From positions 16,909,875 through 16,973,874 of the forward strand of contig OZ037768.1 in the NCBI GenBank assembly GCA_964035545.1: a stretch of 64,000 nt of DNA, read 5' to 3'. The first letter of the stretch is position 1; each line of letters begins with the position of its first letter. Below, piece by piece: positions 22,191 through 37,500 of the stretch. This DNA comes from Bugula neritina. Taxonomy: Eukaryota; Animalia; Bryozoa. A model generated the notes under the pieces. The model did not search any database, was not told where the DNA came from, and was given only the letters and a program-made list of their open reading frames with translations. A program made the translations under genes and the position numbers.

Positions 22191-24311
22191 TGTCACGGCC
22201 AGCATGGCCCTTTTGTAACTCATCCTGTTAGTACAAATAAATCAAACCCAAGTATTGAAAATGCATTCATAAATTAGTTTAGCACTAATAGTAGTTATAC
22301 TTAACTTATCAACCCTATTCATTGTCATTAACCTTAAGCAATATTTGTTTTTCATAGAATTAACACCGTTCTGAACTGTTATGTTAGCCTGTACATCTTG
22401 TAATCTAATAGTAATTAGTTTAGCTAGCTGTATAAGGCTTTGTAAGCTGCACATGTGACATGGGTGACTAGTCAATATTCCGAAAGCCCATTGCTGATTG
22501 AAAGCCCATTGCTGATTGAAAGCCCATTGCTGATTGCTCCGTAGGTCCATTGTTCCGAAGGTCCATTAGTCCGAAAATTAGTACACACAGGCATCCCCAC
22601 TGAGAATATAGTAAATTTCACTCACAATTTAGTTTAAGTTCTTGCTATATTATTGTTCTGTGAGTGGCATGGGTGTTGCCTACTTGTGATTGTTTAGCCT
22701 GATATTACACTATGATGCCTCAAGTATGGCTGCTCCATAAGCAGAGTATACACCAAACTATTCACTATGCTGTCAGCTAGCAAGCCTGTAATTAATAATG
22801 TACGCATAATTATGTTGATAGATGATGTAGCTGCTTATTGATCATAGTGTAATCTCAGGCTATATTGCTCCGTCCTCCTGCACATGTGCTTGTTCTACGC
22901 TTGACCTAGCCATGGTAGGTCAAATGCTAGAGCCATAACTAGTGCAGCCAATTTATAGAACTAGTAGAGTCAATCTGTTTTCACTTTGCCATTTATGGCA
23001 TCAGTTGAAACTTTCGGCTCCAATAAATACCATCAACACCACGAACACACAAACGGCTGCTACAGCGAAAACTTTTTTTACACCTCAGTGAAAACTGAAT
23101 CTACCCCTTAATCAACGCTTCAACAGAAACTGAAGTCTCGAGTCGAAATGGATAGAGTGTCACGCCTATAGGGTGATGGTGAAAGCTTGGTGCGGGTGTG
23201 CGATAGAGGAAGTCACAGCAATTCTGGAGTTAGCTAGCCAAGAGGGTTCAGTGAGAGGTCTGTCAACACTGGAGCAGGTGGTAAGACAGAATAAAAGAGA
23301 TTCAGCTACTAGATCAGTCAGCTAATAGATCCAGCAGGCGACAGGTGCTGGGAGGATCCTGATACAAAAGAATTCAGCCAAAACTTCAGTAAGTTTACAG
23401 ATGCTCGTTCTTGTGGAATTTCAGTGCTTGTGCCTTTTCCTCTTATCAAAGTTGACATTAATTCCAGCATCAATTTAACAAGGCAAGGACTCTCTTGATG
23501 CCAGCTTACCTTTCGCTTCTTACCTGTTCAAGTTAAAGTACAGTAATAAGTAACAGTAAAATGACAACAGCTCAAATAAGTGATGTGACACAGAAGATGT
23601 AATGTTCATGTTGTACGCACCGAGATAGAAATCTTGTTAAGTTTCTCACGAAAGTCTCGTAAAGTTATTCATAGGGTCCAAATGGGAGCTAACCGTATAA
23701 ATTAAATACAGATGTTACTGCAGTCAAGTATGCCGCATCAACTACACCTATGGGCTAAGGATGTCCAATCTTAATGGAACAGGTACTGACTTGCACCAAG
23801 CCATTTTCACACGTCAGCATTGCTACACTAACTTCAACCAACAATAAACATCATACATGGCTGGCCTTAGAGTTGAAAAAACCAGAGGTTTTTGGTGGGA
23901 GTGTAATGACCAGCATGGCCCTTTTGTAACTTATCCTGTTATTACAAATAAATAGAAACCCAAGTATTGAAAATGCATTCATAAACTAGTTATGGTTAAC
24001 TTGTCAACCCTATTGTCATTAACCTTAAGCCATACTTGTTTTCCATATAATTAGCACCTGTTTTGAACTGTTATGTTAGCCTACACATCTTGTAAACTAA
24101 CTAGTTTAGCTAGCTATATAAGGCTTTGTAAGCTAAACATGTGCTTGTTCTAGACTTGGCCTAGTCATGGTAGGTCAAGTGCTAGAGCAATGACCAGTGC
24201 AGCTGTTTTATAGAACTAGTAGAGCCAGTCAGTTTTCTCGTTATCATTTATGGCACCAGTTTAGACTTACGGCTCCAATAAAGTACCACCAACACACAAA
24301 CAGCTGCTACA
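22191..24311 (+). mobile_element. Old, internally deleted LTR element (5' LTR 22191-23064, interrupted by an insertion; 3' LTR 23902-24311)
   Basis: Two diverged direct repeats of about 410-440 bp with TGT...ACA ends and AATAAA near their 3' ends. A purine tract GGTGGGAG precedes the 3' LTR. The internal region is only ~840 bp with no long ORF, and the TSD is degenerate (CCAAT/ATAAT). Confidence 0.8.
22458..22877. mobile_element. 420-bp insertion in the 5' LTR, with an 11-bp flanking duplication and short tandem repeats near one end
   Basis: Absent from the 3' LTR. CTGCACATGTG lies at 22447-22457 and 22878-22888. It carries (AAAGCCCATTGCTGATTG)x3 at 22483-22536 and GGTCCATTNNTCCGAA x2. Confidence 0.7.
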
Positions 24312-24859
24312 ATAATAATAGACACAATAACAATCACAATGTGCCAGGGTGATGATATTGATAATGGTAATTATATTTGTAATAATAATGATAATCAAAC
24401 GTTAAAGTGAGGTAACAGCAATGATCATATTTTACTTAAAATATAATTATGATTACTAGTTATCCATCATTCATCAATATGAATGTCATTGTCATGATCA
24501 CTTGGAGTTATGACAATGGTTATGAATATGATACTATTGCATGGCAGAGCTGAGAGCTCTAATTTTTATTATAGTAGATTTCAAACTGTACCAGTATCAT
24601 AATCATCATGATAATGAATGTGATCATGTTCATATGGTAATTGTTTGTTGATAGTCATAATGGTTAATTGTTGTTAATAAATTGTTTAAACGCTTACTAT
24701 AAATTATAGCTATTGTTATAAGCATAAGTTGAAATAAATTTATAAAAATTGTAATTTTGATTTTGAGGTAATTGCTATGTTTCGCTTTAGTGTCAAGAGA
24801 CAGAAAATTTACTGTTGACCTTCTCATTATGTCAATATGAATAAGTTACGGTTTAGGTG

Positions 24860-25028
24860 AGGAGCTGGGAGTTTGGATTGGGAAGTTTATGTTTAAGAAT
24901 GGGAGTCTAGGGTTAGGTTTTAAGGGTTGGAGGTTTGGGTTTCGAGTTGGGGGTTTGGGAAAATTTAACTTCAGTGTGCCATTTTATTTACTTTACCATT
25001 TGGGCTACTTTTACCTAAAGTCGCCCAC
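24860..25028. mobile_element. Partial MITE-like repeat, same family as 59070-59328
   Basis: GGGTT-like repeats followed by AAAATTTAACTTCAGTGTGCCATTTT...TACTTT, matching the reverse complement of 59130-59200. Confidence 0.6.
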
Positions 25029-25413
25029 CTGCTGCAGCAGGTGAAATATGGAAACTTTAACTTTTGAACCAACTTAATTATCCTTCTGATTTTTGTTTAC
25101 TTTGAAAGCTATAAATTATGGTTTTTCACAGACAGAAGCTGGCTTATCACTTCTGTATTTCTATAAGAAATTTCTTAGGAAAGGCAGTTACCAATTGATC
25201 ACCAAGTGGTAGATATGTTGATCAAATACTGCTCTATATGCCTAGTTGCAAATTACTCAATTTTTTGGTATTAAAAAGATGTTTGAAAGCTCTGTTTACA
25301 CTCTTGAATTTATCTTAACAATCCTAAACTAAGCAGCATAGATAGTTCAAATTTACAAATTGTAATTTATATATTTGCATATTTAGCAGTCAAAATAGTT
25401 GCCAGTTGGGAAA

Positions 25414-28323
<2,910 letters not shown>

Positions 28324-29118
28324 TAGTGAATAGCTGGCACAGGAAATTCAATAAAACTCATTTTGCCTTTGGTGTGCATAGCCATTATTTATTGAAAATG
28401 TGTAAGCTTATATAATTTATGGTCCAAATTTAAATTTGTGCATGTTTTTTACCTCCCGTAACATTATCAGCATTGCAGTTACTTTTTCATCTAGTTTAAG
28501 TTTACATGCATGTTTCAGAAACTTCTTGTTTGGATTTTTTAAAAATGGGAGTAAATATTTTCAAAAAATTTGGCACTAAATTAAATATTTCTACTTTTAT
28601 TCTTTTCTTCTGGAACAAACTGGCATATATTTATGATTTTTTCTTTCTCAACAACCCTGACTATCTCTGAAGTTACTCAATACATGAGTTAATGTTCCAG
28701 TATTATGCTTCACATTAAGCTTACCTTTAAACATAAGTTAGCTTATTATGCTGGTTGTCATTGCACACTCTCCTATTTTAGGTCATTTCACCTACACAGT
28801 AATCTAACACACCATGTAATAAAATTGCGCATTAGCTATGATCAAAAATTTTCAAGTTGGGCATCTCTTTCAACATCTTAACACAACACTGTAAGTTTTC
28901 AACCCACTAGAAAGTATAAATGGAAATTCTGTAAACATGGTAAAAGTAATGTTTAACAATTGCCAACAAATAGCTTGGTCGTAATATGTACAGATTTTAT
29001 TACGAACAGTAGAGTAGAGTTTAAGAAACCAGTATATTAGATTTATGGTTTGAATATAGACAAAATTTCTTTAAAAAAATAATATCCAAGCAACAACAAA
29101 AGATTATCGATTGCACTT

Positions 29119-32100
29119 CTATGGTCGATTAAATTGTTCATTAGCAGTCTGTGCAGCCATAGACGAGACAACTCCTAAGCCCATGCCTCTATGAGTGTGA
29201 GTGGTTATTCTAGCAAATGCATATTCCTGATCTAATTTATTGAAAAGTTCATTTTGTTTTTGCTTCTGTTCTTCTGACATATCTGTAATTTTCACTTCAC
29301 CCTTGATTCCCATTAGTTTACGATATTTCTCATCAGCAACAACTTCTGTCCCCTACAGTAAGTAGCACAGAAATACATTGTAATGCAAGCCTTATACAGT
29401 AAATATTAAACACAATCTAAAACGTGTGGCAGGTCATGAGACGAGGACATAACCCCTTTGTCTATTTCATTTGCAGGGACCATAAACATTTTTCAAGTTC
29501 AACACCTCCACAAAATCAACCAACATTAGCTTATTGCAGCGATGAGACTTCGAAATCTTGTTGAATATATTACAAAATACCACCTTAGTCCCCCCCCACT
29601 TAGCCTATCCTGTATTGCTCAGTTGCAAACACTACCAAATGATGTTCATGAGCTCTGCTCTATTTCCACTTACACAAGTTGTAATCTATGCTTAAAAGAA
29701 TGAATCATGACATGTTGAAACAAATGAATAAATATATCTTCACAAGTTCCTAATACTAAAGTAAACTAATCACAAACCTAGCTAGTGTCACATTGTATAA
29801 CATACTACATATATTGGTGCTAACCTGAAACTTCTGTAAGCTCTGCTCTGTGTTTTGTGACGCTTTGCTCCACAATAGTTTCCTCTTCTGTTGCTGCTCG
29901 GCAAACTTCAATGGATTTATTGCTGCCTGGTTATAGAATTTAGGAACTTCAACACCGGTAAGTTCTTGAGCTTTTGCGTGCATTGCTGCCATTGTCTGCA
30001 ACAAGGCTTGCTGTGGAGTGGCTGAAACACAAATATACACATATTTCAATAACGAACTTCTACTGCACACATGTAATATATACATATATTGACATGACAT
30101 TGGTTGGGGGGTCTCGGCGTTGAGATGATATTTATACAAGTTCTGTACTCAGTCACCCCAACTCTGTGCTGCTGCTAGCAATATTTTAAGACTGAACCAA
30201 CTGCATTGAAGGCTGAATACGAAGTGTGTGAGCTACTTAGTCACCTTGACCTTTCCCAGCCATGGCATCTTTAGCAGCTTGCTGTAATTCTCGTTTCATG
30301 CGAGTCTTGAAGTCTTCTGTTTTAGGTGCGGTGGAGCCTTTAGTGGGCACAACAGTGTACTGATTTTTCTTATAGAATCTCCGCCTTTCCCTGCTGCTGG
30401 ATCGTCTGCGTGATCGCCTGTGTCTGCCGTCTAGATAAATAACAATACAGTCATATCAGGTACAGACTATTGCCGATGTGTGGCTCTGCGATAAGAAGAC
30501 AATTTGTTGAGCAGAGTTGTCCCATGCAAGTGTAATGACTTACGGCGGTCACTGCTTCTTCTGTGCCGGGGTGACCTTGACCTGTGACTGGATCTTCTGT
30601 GTCGTGAACCTGAAAAATAATTCCTCTTTTACTCTTTTACATAACAGGCTAGGAATTACTCTATTATGTATTTATGTACGAAGTTCTTACTTAAATAAAA
30701 ACCGCAGCATAGCTAAGTGCCTTCAGAACACAAATGATATATTAATGGCACTACACAAAACACCGTGGCACTACTCGTACCTGATCGTCTGTGTCGGCGA
30801 CTACCGTGACGAGATCTTGAACTCGGTCTCTTCCTTCTATGGCGACGACTACGCGACCTTGATCTAGATCGGCGTGACCTTGAACGAGATCTATGTGACC
30901 TTGAGTGTCTAGATCGAGAGGCCGAGCCAGATCTTCTACGTGAAGGAGAAGCTGATTTCTCGTCATGCTGCTCTTCCTCTATTTTGTCTTCACTCGGAGA
31001 TATTTGATCTACAGACATCAAAGGCACTGATAAGTGACATTCGAATTCATCTTCAACAACAAACCAACCTTCAAAACTCGGACTTATAGTTTTTGTAACT
31101 CATACAGACCTGTTTTGTTATTAGTGCCCGAGGGACTGGAGTCCTTCTCTATACCAACACTATTAGGACGAGACCCAGTGGAATGATCAGTTTCACTGCC
31201 AGATTCAGATGCACTGTGCTCAGAGTCTGAATGAGACTCGTCCTTGTTTTGATCAGAATGTTCTGATACTTCACCAGCTTCTTCATAAGCTGCTTGGGCC
31301 GTTTTCTCTAAAAATTCTTCCAGATGTTTTTCCATATCTTGAGATGATGCTGCAGTTGCTACAAATAATATGTATATAATAAAACCAGTTAATAAAATAT
31401 AGACAACGTAAATAAAAACAGAACATTTTTGTCTATAGCTGCGATTAGTTAGATTTCGGGTACTGCGGCTAATAAATATATGTAAAAAATATATCTTATA
31501 TCAGATACAACATGAGTTGAAATTTATAAGTAAAGCTAGAATTCTCCAAATTTAAAAATCCTACACACAATAAAAAAGAATGAACAGCTAGTAAATCAAG
31601 TACCGTCTGATTGGTTAGCAGAGAGATAGGAAAGATATGCATAAGGATTGTAAACTGTTGAAGAACTGTTTGGAACGGAGGTGCTAGCGGAAGTTTCCAG
31701 ATTTGGTGCAGCTGATGATTCTGTGGTAACGACAACATCCTCATTGATCTTGTCATCTGTATCATTCTTCCCAGCCAACATTTTCTCAAAGTTTGCCCAC
31801 TCTGACTCTAGATTCTCCATCGTGCTTGCAGCTGCATCAGATGTCTACAGAATACAAAATAAATCCACTTTGTTAGGAGGTTTTCAACCATCACCATTAG
31901 AAAATAAGCATATTGGGACATCAAGTAATTAATACATAAAAATGTATTTTCACTGACTACCAACTGATCAATGATTAGATAGAGTATTATAATAAGCATT
32001 CACCCTGCAACCTTAACCAGGACATGCAGCTGGAAATTTGTAAATGCTTTGATACTGACATAATAGTAAGTAGACTGCTAGCAAATACTCTTTGAAACTA

Positions 32101-34245
32101 AATACAGAGTACAACCACAGCTAATTAACATTTTCTAAATCTTATCTACGAAATTCCCATCTTCTGAGACTTCTTGCCTACTGTTTTTCCATTCTTGTAG
32201 AAAGCTTCTGTCATACTTACGACTGCCCAATATCTCTTGAATTGCATGTGATGCCACAGGAAATGCCCAAGTCGTCGTAGTCATAATAGGACACTTTATA
32301 ATTTAAAGTAAAAAACATGCTATATTATTTTGTATAAGTGGTGTCAAATCAAGAAATTGGGTATAGAATATCTGATAATTGCTCATTTACCAACTAATAT
32401 TTTAGGTAACAAATAATTTGCTTTGCACTTTACTAGTGGAGTAACTGAGTCAAACACTGAACACAGTAAAGATACAAAGAACCACATCAGCCTGACAGTG
32501 AAAGAGAAATTTCTATGATGGCAATGCCCAAGCCTTAACTGTAGAGCTCAAAAACCAGCAGTGGTTGACTTCAAAATGAGTCAGACATCGGCAAACTTTG
32601 AACAAAAGTGTTTCATCAATTTACCCTCCTTAAAATCCTAGATACTCACTCCGTATCCAAACGGCTTTTGTTGGGGATGCTCCTCCCACATTTCTTTCAC
32701 CACTGAGTCAACTCTTTTTGCATTTTTTATCAAATAAAGTTAAAAGTAAATGTTAATAATTATATGTATAATATCACACAATGGAAGTCAAGATGTTATA
32801 AGCAACTCCCATAAGACTAGTTTTGGCAGCAATTATCAGTGACTTTTTGGGGACGATTGTATGAAGTGAAAAACAAAAAACAAACTATGCTACAAGAATA
32901 ACCAACGCCTAAATTTTTAGGCAATAATATAACTGAAAATAACATATTTATACATATTTTTCAATTAAAGTTTGATATTTATGTTTAAAATTATGTTGCA
33001 CATTAAAAATCAAATAAGGATAGAATAGGCTAACAATATAGTCACTTGGTTTCTAATTTTAAAGGCTATATAACTATCTATTTCACTAGAAAATTATTTA
33101 GAGCTTAAGGTAAACTTAAAATGTTTCTGGGTTGCTAGAAGTAAAACTATTAAATCCAAACCAATATTAGCAAACACCATAATTGCTAATAGTAATAGCA
33201 TTACTTACAACAAAACAGGACTATAGCCCTTTAAGTAATAGGGAAGGTGTAACTCATACTCACAAAGCAACTATTCTTTACTGATTTAGAATATAACAAT
33301 ATGAGTGATAATCATGACCTCTAGTTTTAGCAGATTCCACAGTTATCAACATGAGCTTCTTTAATTTAAAATGTAAAATAAAAAATTAAACTTAAATACC
33401 AAATTCTTTCTGTAATGTTAAATAACACTTAAAATTAAAGTTAATTGCTATACTAATAGTAACAGTAATTGAGTAATACTTAGAGTTGGAGTCAGTCTTA
33501 TAGTTGATCGAATACATGTAATTACAGTTACAGCCATACCAACACTAACAGTAGCTCCAACTGTGCAGTATAACTACAACTATAACTATAGGTATAAGTG
33601 TAACTTCACTGTAACTATTAGTATTAGTATTACTATTACACTTACAGTATTAGATCTAGTATCAAAGATAAATTTAAATTACGTCAATTTTAAAATAATT
33701 AAACTTGAACAACTAGGATGAAAGTTTATCAATTATCAATATCTGATAAGTATGACTGTAACAATCAATAAAAATTAAATTATATTTATTATTAAACTTG
33801 ATAATTATAAATCGTTATTGTTAATATACTTATAATATAATATTAATGATAACATTTAATTTCATTTTCACAATTTAAATTTTATAAATTAGAATAAAAA
33901 TTCAAGATGAAAACCAAGTGCAGTATGAATATCAATATGAACATCATCAATTAAATAATAATTATAATAATCAATATCATAACCATAATCATAATGATAA
34001 TGCCTAATTCAGTAATGAGTAATTGTAAATAAACTTGAAAATAAAAGCCAATTCACCTTTGGTTGACTTTGAGACTCAGTCATGGCGTTAGAAAGCGAAG
34101 CGTTACTGTTGTCATGATCATCAGCATCATCACCATGATTTTTAGTTGTACTGTCAGTGCCTTCGGCTTCAAAACCGATTTTAATTTTATCGTCACCTTT
34201 CTCCTCATCCTCATATTCACTGTCATACTTGACGAGTTTCTCCAT
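29119..34245 (-). CDS. RSRC2: Arginine/serine-rich coiled-coil protein 2 with an acidic N-terminal region (multi-exon; first coding exon 34245-34057)
   Basis: RS repeats (30779-31008); ELTGVEVPKFYNQAAINPLKFAEQQQKRKLLWSK; C-terminal LMGIKG...LFNKLDQEYAFARITTHTHRGMGLG (RSRC2/SMAP motif). The upstream acidic exons (34245-34057, 31845-31602, ~31358-31110) join by GT-AG introns. Confidence 0.88.
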
Positions 34246-34521
34246 TTCAATTTGACGATAACACGTGGCAGTAAAGTTTTCAAAAGTGAAGAGCTTCGAA
34301 TCTGAACCTATTAACAAAACAGTGATCTTGGTAATATTATTTATGATGATTTTAAAAACGTATTGTAGCTGCAAGGGTAGCGTAGCAAATATGGCGACGA
34401 ACGATTTGTGCTGTTGACCAATACGCAGTTTGCAGTATTGTTTACGTATACCAACGAAGGTTGGTTTTTATTAAAATGCTACATTGGCGCAACCTAGTAA
34501 TTCGCCGTGTTCCTGTTAAAG
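34246..34521. promoter_or_regulatory. Putative bidirectional promoter for RSRC2 and TSEN54
   Basis: The two start codons are only 276 bp apart, head to head. The interval is CpG-richer than its flanks and contains ATGGCG (YY1-like) motifs and a CCAAT. Confidence 0.6.
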
Positions 34522-37500
34522 ATGGCGTCTCCCGTACACAGTCGCTCTCACTCTGACTCTGCCTTATCCAGGTAATTAAGAATTTAATAGATATAAGATT
34601 TTATTTTGTTTCGTTGAAATTTAATACAGCAAAGTTACCCGTTGCATGATTTATAACAGATGTAAGATAAAATTGAAATAGTTGGTAGAAAAGTTTAAAT
34701 TAACATAATATTAAGATTTACTAAAAGTAAAACTAAAAGTAAATTTGCATAATCATGATGATTACGATAATTCATAATTGTAATAAATTTAAAATTGAAT
34801 TTAATACTAATTAAAATTTAATTTAATCATTAAATTAATCAATATCATAATGATTAATAATCACTAAAAAGCATGATACTGTTATGTTTTCCAGATTTAG
34901 GGTTGATGTGCTATCCAGAGAGTCTATTTATTTACTATAGAACTGCACCAGGATAAGTCGAGTGAACGAGTATATTTTACACACAATTATACATTACAAA
35001 AACGATACATTATTTCCAAACAAGGTACACATCTAATCTATTTCACACTCTAGCTTCGACTGAGTTAGCAGCGGGAAACTACAATTGCTGCTAACTATCA
35101 ACTACGCTAATTGGCTATCCATTGTTCCGGGTCAATCGCGCGACCCCACATGTTGTGCTGCTGGTAGTTCCACGAACCACCACACCGCCCCCACCAGCAG
35201 AAAGCCATCTTTCTGATATATATAAAAAAAACATTCAATAGTAATTGCATACATCAGTGGACAAAAATGATACATAATATACAGGAAGAGACATAATAAT
35301 AGACAGAGTCATTATAACGATCCGTTGCATACAAATGGCCAGCTGTAGATAGACGAGGAATACTAGCTAGCTGTGGTATTAGACAAGGAATAACCTGTCT
35401 AGCAGTTAAGCATTTGCACGATCTTGGTTCCTCACAAGATGTGAAGTTGCGGAGTATTCTGGGTAGCCTAACTAGAGTCCTTGTTGGGCACGCCTGTGCT
35501 TGGCTTGGCATGTACGCAGTTTCCGTTTCATACGGCATACGGATCCCTTTAGCTGGAAGAGTCCTGTTGTAGTGTTAAGTAGATCTGGTGCCAGCTGGGT
35601 GAACTCTTCTTGTAATCGTAGGAGGCGTTCTTCTACTGTAGCCAGGCGTACTGGGTCTGGGGACGGTGTCCGTCTGCGGCGCAAGGGTGGACTGGGGGAC
35701 CTGGTTCGTCTCTTCGCTGGGGTAGGGGAGATCTCTCCTTCTTCTGGATATGTAGTTTCCTCGGGGGTGTATGTAATTTGAGGGCGGTCAGACACCAACG
35801 GGGATTGTTGGCGGGCGTTGTCTAACACACGTTGGAACCCCGAGGACAGAACGGCTAATAGCATGGCCTTCTTCACCAGAGGTCGTATAAGTGTGAGGAA
35901 CTCCGGGTACAGCTTAGCGTCGACCACATAGTTTTCTCCAGGGAAACAGCCCGCCGCTCTGTGTCTGGTGACGGGGTAGGGATACACATCATTATACCCG
36001 CAGGGGCAGAATGTTAGTAGGAGATGAGCATTGACGTGTAGTTTAAGGGAACGGTGAGAGGCGCAATCTTCACCACAGATCTGGCATCTCGTCCGTCCTC
36101 TGGACCCCCAGGCTGTTTCTATTTCTTCTTCTGTTTGTGGAGACACCCACCGCCAGCGGCGGCGTAGTGGCTCAGGCCTGTCACCACTAGCATACTCCTC
36201 CGGATACGGAGCGGGAAGTGTTCTATCCCGTACCCTGGTTGTAGCGGGTCGAGTGTAATCTGAAAAAGTTTCAACAGTGTTAATACAGTACACTGCAGTG
36301 TCGTCAGCTTGAGCAGCTTGGCAACTCCTAATTCAGTTACCTCGTAGAGATTAATGGTAGTGAATAGTCAGATAGAACACGTATTGCAATGAGATTATAA
36401 AAATCTCTAAGTCAAACTGAGTTCTTACTACGGTATTTCACTAACCTATCTCCAGCTCGATTGACTCAGTGGGTCAGAGCTGAGCGATGCAATCTAGTTT
36501 CGTATTAAGATATAGTTAACTCACCCCACGATCTGTTGTCGTAAGACATACTGAATGTGTGAAATGGTTTGAACTACTGCTTAGAAACACGTCTACTCCT
36601 GACTGCATCAGCGTATGAAAAGATCGAGCAACGTGGTTGGGGTGCGTGATTAAGACTTTGTGCACCCGGCGGATGAATTTTGTTTCTATTTCCGCCGATA
36701 CAAAAGTTGATATTTCCGTGGTGTTGACAACTCCCACATTTGCTCGATTCTTTTCTCGTACGGTTTTCCCCTAGACTTTCATGTGTGCCGCTTTTAACGC
36801 AGTCACATACGAAGTCCTTCAAGTATGCGGGGGGTTGCCTCGTACGCTGTCCCCTTTCTAGGGGGGGTGACACGCTTGCCGGTTCGTTAGTAGGGGCCTC
36901 TAATGGCGTCTCTACTTCACCGTTAGTGGTCACCTCTTCTTGTTCTCCGGATGGAGCCCCTCCCTCCGTGGGGGTTTGCACTTCCGGAACCGGCTCGGTT
37001 TCTGGAAGTGATGGAATTAGACTTGGCGGTGGCGGACACGCTTCTGTTGACAAAAGCTGCCGCTCCTCCCTCACCAAGTTTTCTTCCCGCGGTATGACCA
37101 CTTCGTATTCAGGTCCATGCCGCCGTCGCCCGCGCGTTGTTGTTTGCCTCCTGGGCTCTAACAACGGGGGGGGGCTTCTCCCACTCCGCCGGGGCTAGCC
37201 CAATACGGTTTCAAGCGAGACTCATTCTGGATAGACACCTGTCCTGAGCGCTCAATCTTGTACGTATGATTATGCATAGCCTCGACGACCACGTAGGGGC
37301 CTACGAACTTAGGCTTCAGCTTATCAGCCTGTCCGCGGCGCCTACGGTAATTGACCATCCACACCTTATCTCCCCTTTGATAGAGAGGTGGTTCATCGGA
37401 ATCTTCGTGCCGCACCTTCCACTGCTGTTGGCGCAGTATATCGTGTGCGGCCTTCATCCGTTCCACTAGTTCACTGGCATACTCGTGTACTGAGTTATCT

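Noticed and set aside
31084-34374. Acidic ORFs as a separate gene
   Set aside because: They splice in frame to the RS-domain exons of RSRC2 (for example ACA G|...|AT CAA at ~31110/31008).
35472-36293. ORF3 as an env or fusogen gene
   Set aside because: No signal peptide or convincing transmembrane helix; the zinc-finger and basic motifs point to a soluble nuclear protein.
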